Source: an uncultured Pseudomonadota bacterium (lineage in GTDB: Bacteria > Pseudomonadota > Alphaproteobacteria > Acetobacterales > Acetobacteraceae). Taken from it: 64,000 nucleotides of DNA. Of this stretch, positions 21,109 to 31,875 are shown piece after piece (positions within the stretch are counted from its first letter, which is position 1; each line of letters starts with the position of its first letter). Location of the stretch: contig CAWFUL010000012.1 in NCBI GenBank assembly GCA_963819005.1, positions 335,650-399,649 on the forward strand. The letters run 5' to 3'. The notes under the pieces were generated by a model. It did not search any database, was not told where the DNA came from, and was given only the letters and a program-made list of their open reading frames with translations. Position numbers and translations under genes: made by a program.

Positions 21109-21531
21109 TTACAGGATCTCCCAGAACCCTGTCTCGACATCATGGCGGGCGCGTTCCAACCCATTGAAATCGCCGTGCGAAACGATACCCACGATTTTGT
21201 TGTCATCGACAATCGGCAGATGACGGTAGCCACCGTCGCGCATCATCCGCAGCGCGTCGATCGCCTTGGCATCCGGCTTCAGCGTGTCGGGCTGGCCGGT
21301 CATGACGGCGCCGATCAGCGTTGTGGCGGGGTTCAAGGCTTCGGCGAGCACCCTGGTGACGGCATCGCGTCCGGTGAACACCCCGACCAATTGGCCGCCT
21401 CCGCCAGTCACCAGAATTGCGCCGACACGGCGGTCGCGCATCAACTGGCAGGCCCGCTGTACCGTCGCAGAGATCGACAGCGTCACGGGGCGCTGACGCC
21501 TGACGATCTCCCCTAGACTTCTATCTGCCAT
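21109..21531 (-). CDS. CBS domain-pair protein
   Basis: 140 aa with two CBS repeats (VGAILVTGGGGQLVGVFTGRDAV; YRHLPIVDDNKIVGIVSHGDF). Confidence 0.85.
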   Translation of the reverse strand: MADRSLGEIVRRQRPVTLSISATVQRACQLMRDRRVGAILVTGGGGQLVGVFTGRDAVTRVLAEALNPATTLIGAVMTGQPDTLKPDAKAIDALRMMRDGGYRHLPIVDDNKIVGIVSHGDFNGLERARHDVETGFWEIL

Positions 21532-21582
21532 GTAATTGCCCTCGCCGTCGCCGATTGTCTGGAATGGAATCGGATGGTGGCG

Positions 21583-22053
21583 CTAGATCAGCATGGCCGG
21601 CGCGCGCGCCAGAGCAGCCACAAGGTCAGACCGGCTGACGACGCCGACCAACTTTCCATCGCGCAGAATCGGAAGCCGCTTGATGCCGTGTTTCATCGCC
21701 AATTCCGCGATCTGCGGGATCGTCATCTGCTCGTCGCCCGTAATGACGTTGCGAACCATGACGTCCGCGGCGGTCCGATGATCCTGGCGGATATAATCCA
21801 GAAAATCCTGCGGCAATTCCTCGCCCTCCGCGATCAATCCAAGCCACCAGTCACGTCGCGTTCGGATCGACTCCCGGAATGGCCTCAGAACATCGGCTTC
21901 GCTGACGATTCCAACCAAAACGTGACCGGCATTGCAGACCGGCACCGCGGTGATACGCTTCTCCGTCAACACACGAGCGATTTCCTGGAGGCTCGTCGCC
22001 GGTGTCACGGTTACGACCGGAGAGGTCATGATATCGGCTGCGGTCAGGGGCAT
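21583..22053 (-). CDS. CBS domain-pair protein
   Basis: 156 aa (MTSPVVTVTPATSLQEIARVLTEKRITAVPV...; IKRLPILRDGKLVGVVSRSDLV). Confidence 0.85.
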   Translation of the reverse strand: MPLTAADIMTSPVVTVTPATSLQEIARVLTEKRITAVPVCNAGHVLVGIVSEADVLRPFRESIRTRRDWWLGLIAEGEELPQDFLDYIRQDHRTAADVMVRNVITGDEQMTIPQIAELAMKHGIKRLPILRDGKLVGVVSRSDLVAALARAPAMLI

Positions 22054-22106
22054 GGATTTTTCCTCCGGAAACCAGAGCAGATTGCGACAAGGACCGCGCG
22101 ATGTAA

Positions 22107-22120
22107 TTGATCGGGGTCAA
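22107..22120. promoter_or_regulatory. FNR/FixK-type box TTGATCGGGGTCAA upstream of the CBS gene pair
   Basis: Matches TTGA-N6-TCAA, with one mismatch to TTGAT-N4-ATCAA. Its centre is about 60 nt upstream of the ATG at 22053. Confidence 0.65.
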
Positions 22121-22181
22121 CCCGGGTCGTCCCGGATCCAGGCTTCGCTCACCGGCAAACGATGGACTGAAGAGAAGCTGC

Positions 22182-23465
22182 TTAGCGGATCAAGCCAGCG
22201 GTCCGTGGCAGGAACAGCGACAATTCCGGGATACAGATAATCAGCATAAGTCCCACCAGCAGAGCGATCAGGTACGGGGCGTAGCTTTTGGCATGCTGAC
22301 CAACCGAAATGTCCGCGAACCGCAGTGCCATCAGCAAGCCCACGCCCAGCGGCGGCGTGAACAGGCCAATGCCCACGGCGGCGGTCTGGACAATATCGAA
22401 GTGCACCGGATGAATGCCGATTTTCATCGCCACCGGGAACACGACCGGGATCAGCACAACAGCCGCCGGCAACCCCTCCAGCACCATGCCGAACATCAGC
22501 GTCAACAGTGCTACCCCGGTCAGGAACAGCCAGGGGCGGCTCTCCAGCGGACTCAGTGCCCAGCCCAGGAATTCCGGTGCGCCTGAGAGGCCCATCAGGT
22601 ATTGGAAGATGGTGGCCACGGCGAGCAGGAACACGACGACGCCGGTCAGCACCCCGGCCTCATAGGCCAGATGCAGGACCTCCATCCAGGTGACATTGCG
22701 GTAGTAGAATTTCGCTGCCAGCAGCGAATACAACGCCACGATGGCGCCTGCCTCGGTGGCGGTAAACGCGCCCATGTAGAACCCGCCCAGGATCACGACA
22801 GGAATAACCAGCGGCACCGCCGCGCCCTTCAGCGCCTTCCCGATCCGGGAGAAACTCGTGCGGGTATCTTTCGGCCAGCCCAGCAGGTGCGCCTGGATCA
22901 GCACCAGCACGCACAGGCACCCGCCGATCACCGCAGCCGGAATGAATCCAGCCAGGAACAGCGCCACCGCCGACTGATTTGTTACGGCACTGATCACGAT
23001 CATGAAGATCGCCGGCGGCACCAGCATCCCCATCGCGGTTCCGGCCGCAATCAGCGAAGCTCCATCTTCCGCGCGGTAGCCAGCCTTCTTCAAGGACGGC
23101 ATCAGCGCGGACCCCAGCGCGGACACCTCCGCCATCTTCGATCCACAGATGTCGGAGAAGAAATAGGACACCACGATCACCGACATGCCCAAGCCGCCGC
23201 GCAACCAGCCGACCAGCGAGCGAGCCAGTTCCACCAGAGCGGTGGACATTCCTGCCCGCTCCATCAGCGATCCGGCAAACACGAACGACGGGATTGCCAG
23301 CAGCACCCAGCTTTGCGATGCCGAGATGATCGTCGAGCCAAGCTGCTGCAGCGGCAATCCCGCGATGAGCAAACCGACCACGCCCGCCGCCCCCAGGCAG
23401 AACACGATCGGCAGCGACAGGATCAGCAGGGCCAGAAAGGTGATCAGCGTGGCGAGAAGAACCAA
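22182..23465 (-). CDS. TRAP transporter large permease (DctM family)
   Basis: Roughly 427 aa polytopic protein (LLATLITFLALLILSLPIVFCLG...). A probable TTG start at 23465 lies just after the DctQ stop; the listed ORF start at 23582 overlaps DctQ. Confidence 0.9.
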   Translation of the reverse strand: MVLLATLITFLALLILSLPIVFCLGAAGVVGLLIAGLPLQQLGSTIISASQSWVLLAIPSFVFAGSLMERAGMSTALVELARSLVGWLRGGLGMSVIVVSYFFSDICGSKMAEVSALGSALMPSLKKAGYRAEDGASLIAAGTAMGMLVPPAIFMIVISAVTNQSAVALFLAGFIPAAVIGGCLCVLVLIQAHLLGWPKDTRTSFSRIGKALKGAAVPLVIPVVILGGFYMGAFTATEAGAIVALYSLLAAKFYYRNVTWMEVLHLAYEAGVLTGVVVFLLAVATIFQYLMGLSGAPEFLGWALSPLESRPWLFLTGVALLTLMFGMVLEGLPAAVVLIPVVFPVAMKIGIHPVHFDIVQTAAVGIGLFTPPLGVGLLMALRFADISVGQHAKSYAPYLIALLVGLMLIICIPELSLFLPRTAGLIR

Positions 23466-23470
23466 CCGCC

Positions 23471-23983
23471 CTACTCCCGCACATCGGCAAAGCTGTGTTC
23501 GGGATCGTGCGGCCGCCGCGCCGCATCCAGCGCGTACAGCACCATCAGGATGCCGCCCGCCGTCAACGCCGCATAAAGCCACCCGAGACTGATCTCCAGC
23601 GCCGGCGAGGTCAGGCCGATGTTCAGCCGGACCAGTTTCACCCCAAACCAGGCGATCAGCCCGCCAAACCCCGCGATGACGATATTATGAGCGACATGCA
23701 GCGCGGCCCGGCCCTCCGGCGAAAAGCGGTGCGTGATCAGGTTCAGTGCGAAATGCCCGCGTTCCTGCACCGCGACGGCCGCGCCGATCAGGGCCAGCCA
23801 GGCCATCGTCGTCTCCCCAACTTCCTCCACCCAGAAGAAGTTGAAAGGATCGACGTCGAGCCAGTCGGTAATCGGCAGCATCACGTAGCGCATGAACACG
23901 CCCCACAGCATGACGCCGATGGCCAGCAGCACGAGTCCGCCCAGCAGGATCTTGGGCAGGAGAACCAGGATGCGCATCACCAT
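23471..23983 (-). CDS. TRAP transporter small permease (DctQ family)
   Basis: 170 aa with 4 TM. The ATG at 23983 overlaps the DctP stop (TGATG). Confidence 0.85.
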   Translation of the reverse strand: MVMRILVLLPKILLGGLVLLAIGVMLWGVFMRYVMLPITDWLDVDPFNFFWVEEVGETTMAWLALIGAAVAVQERGHFALNLITHRFSPEGRAALHVAHNIVIAGFGGLIAWFGVKLVRLNIGLTSPALEISLGWLYAALTAGGILMVLYALDAARRPHDPEHSFADVRE

Positions 23984-24993
23984 CAGGCCTTGGTGGCGAC
24001 GATTTCTTCCCACAGCCCGCTGTAGTTCTTTTGGTACAGCGGCCAGAGCTTCTGCTTCGCCAGATCAATGAACGGCGCGACGTCCGGCTGGTTGACCGTC
24101 ATTCCCCTCGGCTCAAGCTGCGCCTTGGCGCTGGCCAGCGTGTCGACGTCCTCCGTCACCTTGCGGACGACGCCCTGTGCCTCCCGTCCAGTGTCCATCA
24201 GAAGTTTTTGCTGTTCGGGGCGCAGGTCATTCCACATCTGCAAGTTCATCACCAGCAGTGTCGCCCCGTAATTGTGGCCGGTCAGCGAGTAGTATTTTGA
24301 GACCTCGTACGCTTTCAGCGGCACCATGTTCACCACCGGCAGATCGGCTCCGTCGATGACGCCTTGTTGGGCCGCCGTGATGACCTCCGCCCAGCCCAGG
24401 GGCACCGCGACGCCGCCGAGACTGTTCAGGGTGTCGGCAAATACCTTCGAGGGCTGGGTACGGATTTTCAGCCCCCGCAGGTCCTTCGGCACGGTGATCG
24501 GATGCCGCGCGTTCCAGACGTGGCGGAACCCGTAGTCGAAGTAATAAATAACCTTAACGCCGTACTTATCCTGGAAGGTCTTGTCGAGCGCGTCGCCAAC
24601 CTTGCCGTTAAGGATCGTGTAGGCCTGCTGGTAGCTGCTGATCAGGTAGCCGACCAGGAACACCCCCATCTCGGGAAACATGGTTGCCGACGCCCCGCCG
24701 GGGTTGCCGAATGCGATGTTGCCCGCCTTCACCGCATTGATGATGTCGATCTCTTTCGTCAGCAGGTCGCCGCCGTGATAGGTGACCTCCAGTTCGCCCT
24801 TGGTCCGGTCTGTCAGCGCCTTGGCATACCAGTCCAGCGCGATGGCGCCCAATTCCGGCACCGGATTGACCGCGGCGATCTGCATTTTCTTTGGCTGTGC
24901 CTGCGCGAACGCCGGCGCCTTGCCGGTCGCGAGAATACCCGCCAGTCCGCCAGCGGAACGAAGTATTGTGCGGCGCGATGACACCATACGCAT
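23983..24993 (-). CDS. TRAP transporter substrate-binding protein (DctP family)
   Basis: Signal peptide (RRTILRSAGGLAGILATGKAPAFA) and DctP-type body (LKIRTQPSKVFADTLNSLGGVAVPLGWAEV). Confidence 0.9.
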   Translation of the reverse strand: MRMVSSRRTILRSAGGLAGILATGKAPAFAQAQPKKMQIAAVNPVPELGAIALDWYAKALTDRTKGELEVTYHGGDLLTKEIDIINAVKAGNIAFGNPGGASATMFPEMGVFLVGYLISSYQQAYTILNGKVGDALDKTFQDKYGVKVIYYFDYGFRHVWNARHPITVPKDLRGLKIRTQPSKVFADTLNSLGGVAVPLGWAEVITAAQQGVIDGADLPVVNMVPLKAYEVSKYYSLTGHNYGATLLVMNLQMWNDLRPEQQKLLMDTGREAQGVVRKVTEDVDTLASAKAQLEPRGMTVNQPDVAPFIDLAKQKLWPLYQKNYSGLWEEIVATKA

Positions 24994-25074
24994 GACCTTG
25001 GTTTCCCCTCATTTGTTGCGGGTCTTCTACCGCAGTGGCACGCTCTGTCCAACAGCGACGAGGAGCCGCCAGCA

Positions 25075-25971
25075 ATGAACCTGATCCACAGTCACAGCCA
25101 ATGGGGACCCGCCGACCAGATCGGCGCGGGCAATCTTCTGACCGTGGAGAAGCGGCTTGCCGCCCTGGCCTCGGTGCGATCGGGCCGCATCTACGACGTC
25201 AGCCATGAGATCTATATGGGCGCGCCCTATATGGCGCCTAACCAGACGCCGTTCCTGATGTCGATCTTCGGGTCCTGGCGCGACACCATCAAACGGCGGC
25301 GCAAGATGGGCGCGACGAACGACGCCGGGACGAACCTGGAACGCATCGAGATGACCGCCCATGTCGGCACGCATATCGACGCGCTGGGACATTTCTCCAA
25401 GGGCGACATGCTCTACAACGGGAACGCGTGCGCTGACGTGGTCACGGACTGGGGACTCGACCGTCTTGGGATCGAGCACGCCCCGCCGATGATCACCCGC
25501 GGCCTGCTGTTCGATGTCGCCGGGATGGGCGGTAGCGCGCATCTGGCGCCCGGCCAGACGGTTACGCCCGACCACCTGAAGCGCGCGGCCGATATTGGCG
25601 GGTTCGCGGTCGAACCGGGCGATATTGCGCTGATCCGCACCGGCTGGGGCCGCTTCTTCGGCACCGACAATGCCAAATACCTGGAAGGCGAGCCCGGACT
25701 GGGCGTGCCGGCGGCAAAATGGCTGATCGACCAAGGCATCACCGCGATCGGCGCCGACAACATGGCGGTGGAGGTCCTGCCGAACCCCGACAAAGGCCTG
25801 ATGATGCCGGTTCACCAGTACACGCTCGCCGAGTGCGGGGTCTACCTGATCGAGAACCTTGCCTTGGAGGAACTTGCCGCGGACGGAGTCCATGCCGCCT
25901 GCTTCGTCCTGCTTGCCACCAAAATCCGTGGCGCGACCGGCGCGCCGGTCCGTCCGATCGTCCTGGTGTAA
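25075..25971 (+). CDS. cyclase family protein (kynurenine formamidase-like fold)
   Basis: Metal motif HVGTHIDALGH, plus IALIRTGWG and GADNMAVE. Confidence 0.8.
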   Translation: MNLIHSHSQWGPADQIGAGNLLTVEKRLAALASVRSGRIYDVSHEIYMGAPYMAPNQTPFLMSIFGSWRDTIKRRRKMGATNDAGTNLERIEMTAHVGTHIDALGHFSKGDMLYNGNACADVVTDWGLDRLGIEHAPPMITRGLLFDVAGMGGSAHLAPGQTVTPDHLKRAADIGGFAVEPGDIALIRTGWGRFFGTDNAKYLEGEPGLGVPAAKWLIDQGITAIGADNMAVEVLPNPDKGLMMPVHQYTLAECGVYLIENLALEELAADGVHAACFVLLATKIRGATGAPVRPIVLV

Positions 25972-25975
25972 TATC

Positions 25976-26330
25976 GGTTACGCCGCGTGGCTCCTGCGCT
26001 GGGGAACCGGAGCGCCAGCAACGTCACGGCGCCCATGGCGGCGAACGCGACGATCGGCAGCATGGCCAGCGGGTAACTGTGTGTGGCGTCCAGATCGCGC
26101 CCATCATCGCATTGCAGATCAACCCGGACCCGGTTGCCATCGCGGTCAGGCCCAGCGGCACCGCGGTGTGCCACGACCGCTCGCCCGCAGATCCGAGCGG
26201 TGTCCCACCAGATCATCTCCACGGCCGAGAACACATAAGGCAGCGCGTTCACCCATCCGACCTCGGCATTGTTGTCATACGCGTTGTATGGAAGCGCGCC
26301 GGTCGATCCGACGGCCGGTCAACAGCACGT
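25976..26330 (-). pseudogene. degraded remnant of an ACS-type MFS transporter
   Basis: My own three-frame reading gives fragments YNAYDNNAEVGWVNALPYVFSAVEMIWW, then (other frame) SAGERSWHTAVPLGLTAMATGSGLICNAMMGAIW, then (first frame) THSYPLAMLPIVAFAAMGAVTLLALRFPS. These resemble the TM7 loop and last helix of ACS-family MFS proteins. The N-half is missing and the middle helices are deleted. Confidence 0.45.
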
Positions 26331-26373
26331 TGCCTGGAAATTCGGCAAAAGCTCTTGCATCGGGGGTTGCTGA

Positions 26374-28020
<1,647 letters not shown>

Positions 28021-28062
28021 TTCCGTTTGCTCACCAGCGAGTTGGCGTGGCAGGAAATTGCC

Positions 28063-29043
28063 ATGCCGACTCGCAGAACGTTGATCGCCTCCGCTCTTCC
28101 TGCAGCTTTGGTTGCTTCAGCCGCGCTTAGGCCGGCTTGGGCTGCCGCGACCGGGTCATTCAATGATTTTGTAAGCGGCGTCAGGGCCGAGGCGCGGCGC
28201 GCGGGCATCGCGCCTGCAACGTTGGACCAGGCCTTTGCCGGGGTGGGTCCGAACCAGAAGGTGCTGGAAAAGGATCGCCACCAGCCCGAGTTCACCATGA
28301 CCTGGGCGCGCTACCGGGACCTGGTCATCTCGGACAAGCGGATCGTCGATGGCCGCCACGCCTACGCGGCAAACCGCGCTCTGTTCGATCGTGTTCAAGA
28401 TCGCTTCGGCGTTGGGCCGGGCGTCGTGGCCGGCATCTGGGGCTTGGAGTTCAGCTTTGGCACAACCACGGGCGACTTTCGCGTGGTCGAGGCTCTTGCG
28501 ACCCTTGCCTGGGATGGCCGCCGCACGGCGTTCTTCCGCAGCGAACTGATCTCGGCCCTGAAAATCCTGGACCATGGCGACGTCGCGCCATCGGCGATGC
28601 TTGGGTCTTACGCCGGCGCGATGGGCCAGCCGCAGTTCATGCCATCGAGCTATCTGCGCTACGCTGTCGACTTCGAGGGCCATGGCCGCCGCGACATCTG
28701 GACCAGCAGGCCTGACGTCCTTGGCTCCATCGCGAACTACCTCGCCCATTCCGGATGGCAGAGCGGTCAGACCTGGGGCCAGCCTGTCGTCGTCCCGGCA
28801 GGCTTCAGCGCAGAGGGCCGGGATGTCCGGCGCAGCCTGGCGGAATGGTCGCGGGCAGGCGTTCGTCCGTCCAGTGGCCGGTGGGTCGCCTCCGCCGATA
28901 CCCCGGCCGGGATCGTCGCGCCCGATGGCGAAGGCGGGGAGACATTCGCTGTGTTCGCCAATTTCGCCGCCATCCGGCGCTACAACCCGTCCGACTTCTA
29001 CGCGATCGCCGTTGGACTGATCGGCGATCAGGTGCTGGCATGA
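28063..29043 (+). CDS. lytic murein transglycosylase (MltB/SLT_2 family)
   Basis: Tat/Sec-like signal (MPTRRTLIASALPAALVASAALRPAWA), GIWGLEFSFG, GAMGQPQFMPSSY. Confidence 0.85.
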   Translation: MPTRRTLIASALPAALVASAALRPAWAAATGSFNDFVSGVRAEARRAGIAPATLDQAFAGVGPNQKVLEKDRHQPEFTMTWARYRDLVISDKRIVDGRHAYAANRALFDRVQDRFGVGPGVVAGIWGLEFSFGTTTGDFRVVEALATLAWDGRRTAFFRSELISALKILDHGDVAPSAMLGSYAGAMGQPQFMPSSYLRYAVDFEGHGRRDIWTSRPDVLGSIANYLAHSGWQSGQTWGQPVVVPAGFSAEGRDVRRSLAEWSRAGVRPSSGRWVASADTPAGIVAPDGEGGETFAVFANFAAIRRYNPSDFYAIAVGLIGDQVLA

Positions 29044-29077
29044 CGAAGGATACGAATGGGACCAGCCGGGATTCGCC

Positions 29078-29968
29078 ATGACACGGCGGTTCGCGACGCT
29101 GCTGCTGTCGTCCGCCGTCCTGCTGTTTGCCTGTACGAAGCAACCCGTCCTGAAGCCTGACCCGCATTACGTGCTGGGAGCCCCGTACCAGGCCGGCAAC
29201 GTCTGGTTCTATCCCCGGGAATCCTACAGCCTTAATGAAACCGGCCTTGCGTCCGTCCTGACCGACGATACACCCCGGCTGACGTCGGATGGCGAACTCT
29301 TCGATCAAACGGCAATGGCCGCGGCTCATCCGACGCTTCAGTTGCCCGCCGTCGCGCGCGTGACCAACCTGGAGAACGGATTGCAGATCGTGGTCCGGGT
29401 GAACGATCGCGGCACCGGCGACCCGACCCGCCTGCTTCAACTCACGAAGCGGGCTGCCACGCGTCTTGGCATGGCTAATGGCAGTGCCACCCGCATCAGG
29501 ATGGAAGTTCTGGAGACTGAAAGCCGAGCCGCTGCCGACGCGCTGCCCGGCGCCCCAAGGCTTGGCGTGGCAACCGCGCCGCAGGACGCCGTGGAAGTCG
29601 CTGACCTGCCACCCCCGCCCGGTGTGCGACAGGGCAACGGGAAGGCACTACCGGAGCCGATTGCCCCTGCCGCCGCCGAAACCACCACGGCCGCGCCGCC
29701 ACTGCGCCTGCCGGATACTGTGACGCAGACCAGTCCCCAACCGGGCCAGTTGATGGTGCGGCTGGATACTTTCCAAGAGTATGCCTATGCTTCACAGCAG
29801 CAAGCAAAGATGAGTGCCTATGGTCCCCGGATCATTACTTTCCGGCAAGGTCACCTCCATCAATACAGGGTGGAGATCGGACCGGTCCAGGATGTAGCCA
29901 GGGCCGACGCCATTGTTCGCCAAGCCCTGGCCTATGGAATACCCGACGCTCGCATAGTGATTGATTAA
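29078..29968 (+). CDS. rlpA: septal ring lytic transglycosylase RlpA family lipoprotein with C-terminal SPOR domain
   Basis: Lipobox LLFAC, DPBB region (AAHPTLQLPAVARVTNLENGLQIVVRVNDRG) and a SPOR-like end (LMVRLDTFQEYAYASQQQ...YRVEIGP). Confidence 0.85.
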   Translation: MTRRFATLLLSSAVLLFACTKQPVLKPDPHYVLGAPYQAGNVWFYPRESYSLNETGLASVLTDDTPRLTSDGELFDQTAMAAAHPTLQLPAVARVTNLENGLQIVVRVNDRGTGDPTRLLQLTKRAATRLGMANGSATRIRMEVLETESRAAADALPGAPRLGVATAPQDAVEVADLPPPPGVRQGNGKALPEPIAPAAAETTTAAPPLRLPDTVTQTSPQPGQLMVRLDTFQEYAYASQQQAKMSAYGPRIITFRQGHLHQYRVEIGPVQDVARADAIVRQALAYGIPDARIVID

Positions 29969-29985
29969 CAGGAGGTTTCGTCAAA

Positions 29986-31197
29986 ATGCTTACCCGCCGT
30001 CTTGGCTTGCTGGCGTCCGCCCTCAGCTTGGGGCCGTTGCCGGCACTGGCTCAGAAGCATTCGGCAGGGGCTGGATCCGGCGGCAAGAAGTCCAAGGACG
30101 TCGTGCCGAGCGGCAGCCCCGCGGACACGCCGCTGGGTCCGGTTGATACGACTGCCCGCTGGGCTTATGGCATGGACTTCGACACCGGCGCCACGCTGCT
30201 GGAAAAGCAGGCGGACGACGAGATGCCGCCGTCTTCCATGACCAAGCTGATGACGATGTACCTTGTTTACGATCGCCTGAAGCAGGGTCGCCTGAAGCTC
30301 GACGATGAGCTTCCTGTCAGCGAAAAAGCCTGGCGCATGCAGGGGTCGAAAATGTTTGTCGCGCTCGGCAGTTCGGTGAAGGTCGAGGACCTGATCCGCG
30401 GCGTGATCGTTCAGTCCGGCAACGATGCGGCCATCGTGCTGGCCGAAGCGATCGGCGGGTCCGAGGAAGGCTTTGTTGAACTGATGAACAAGAAGGCGCA
30501 GGAACTTGGCCTGACCCACACGCTTTATAAGAATTGCACAGGGTGGCCCGATCCCGACCAGCACATGAGCGTGCGTGACATCGCCATCCTTGCCGCGGCC
30601 ATCATCAGGGGGTTTCCGGACTACTACCACTACGACGCGGAAAAATCCTTCAAGTACAATGGTATTGATCAGGGCAACCGGAATCCGATGGTGCAGAAAG
30701 GCACCGCTGACGGCTTGAAGACCGGGCATACCGAGGCTGGGGGCTACGGCCTTGTCGCCAGTTCCAAACGCAATGGCCGTCGCGTGATACTGGTGCTGAA
30801 CGGCATGACCACCATGCACGAACGCGCGGAGGAGTCCGAGCGCCTGATGGACTGGTTGTTCTTCAACTTCGAGGATGTCACTCTTTTCTCCGCCGGTGAC
30901 GTTGTCGAGAATGTCCCCGTATGGCTCGGCACCGAACCCACCGTGCCCGCGGTCGGCGGTCGTGAGCTAATTGTAACAATGCCGCGTAACTGGCGACAGA
31001 AGGCATCGATCAAGGTCACCTACGACGAGCCGTTGCGGGCGCCAGTCACGAAGGGTGACACCATCGGCAAACTGACAGTCACAGGCGATGGTGTTCCGCA
31101 CATGGAAGTGCCACTTCTTGCCGGTGACGATGTGCCCCGTCTCGGCCTGCCCGGACGAGCCATGGCGGTCCTTTCACACTACGTCACCGGCACCTGA
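29986..31197 (+). CDS. D-alanyl-D-alanine carboxypeptidase (S11, PBP5/6-like)
   Basis: SMTK, SGND and KTGHT motifs, a signal peptide and a C-terminal PBP5_C-like domain. Confidence 0.9.
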   Translation: MLTRRLGLLASALSLGPLPALAQKHSAGAGSGGKKSKDVVPSGSPADTPLGPVDTTARWAYGMDFDTGATLLEKQADDEMPPSSMTKLMTMYLVYDRLKQGRLKLDDELPVSEKAWRMQGSKMFVALGSSVKVEDLIRGVIVQSGNDAAIVLAEAIGGSEEGFVELMNKKAQELGLTHTLYKNCTGWPDPDQHMSVRDIAILAAAIIRGFPDYYHYDAEKSFKYNGIDQGNRNPMVQKGTADGLKTGHTEAGGYGLVASSKRNGRRVILVLNGMTTMHERAEESERLMDWLFFNFEDVTLFSAGDVVENVPVWLGTEPTVPAVGGRELIVTMPRNWRQKASIKVTYDEPLRAPVTKGDTIGKLTVTGDGVPHMEVPLLAGDDVPRLGLPGRAMAVLSHYVTGT

Positions 31198-31206
31198 GAG
31201 CGGGCC

Positions 31207-31875
31207 GTGCATTTGGGTCGGTTCATCACGCTGGAGGGCGGCGAAGGGGCCGGCAAGACGACGCAGACCGCATTGCTGGAACAGGCGCTCGCCGCCCAGG
31301 GCGTGCCGGTCATCCGGACCCGCGAACCTGGCGGCTCACCCGGTGCTGAACTTCTGCGCGGGGTCCTGCTGGGCGGCAGCGTGAACTGGTCGCCCCGGGC
31401 AGAAACGTTGCTGCACTTTGCCGCGCGCACGGAGCACGTCGCGAAAACCATCCAACCGGCGATTCAGTCGGGACGATGGGTGGTCTGCGACCGGTTCTAT
31501 GACTCGACCATGGCTTACCAGGGCTATGGTCAGGGGGCAGACCGTGCCTTCATCGCCGAGCAGATCCGTCTGTTGGGAGTTGCACCCGACCTGACGATCA
31601 TTCTGGACGTGCCGGACAGTGTGGCCGCTTCCAGGCTGCGGCAACGTGGCAGTGACGCGGACCGCTATGAGCGGCTGGATGACGCGTTTCATGTACGCGT
31701 GCGGAACGGATTCCGCGCCATCGCCACGGGCGAACCGTCGCGATGTGTGATGCTGGATGCGTCGGGCGATGTGGAAACGGTCCATACCGCCATCATGGCG
31801 GCGGTATGGACCCCTTCTCTGTTGCTCAGTAAGCCAACGCTTCCTGCTCCACCGGTACCCAACGCCCATCCTTGA
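31207..31875 (+). CDS. tmk: dTMP kinase (C-terminal tail uncertain)
   Basis: P-loop LEGGEGAGKTTQ, DRFYDST, RYE. GTG start. The last roughly 20 aa (WTPSLLLSKPTLPAPPVPNAHP) are antisense to the neighbouring gene and look non-native. Confidence 0.85.
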   Translation: MHLGRFITLEGGEGAGKTTQTALLEQALAAQGVPVIRTREPGGSPGAELLRGVLLGGSVNWSPRAETLLHFAARTEHVAKTIQPAIQSGRWVVCDRFYDSTMAYQGYGQGADRAFIAEQIRLLGVAPDLTIILDVPDSVAASRLRQRGSDADRYERLDDAFHVRVRNGFRAIATGEPSRCVMLDASGDVETVHTAIMAAVWTPSLLLSKPTLPAPPVPNAHP

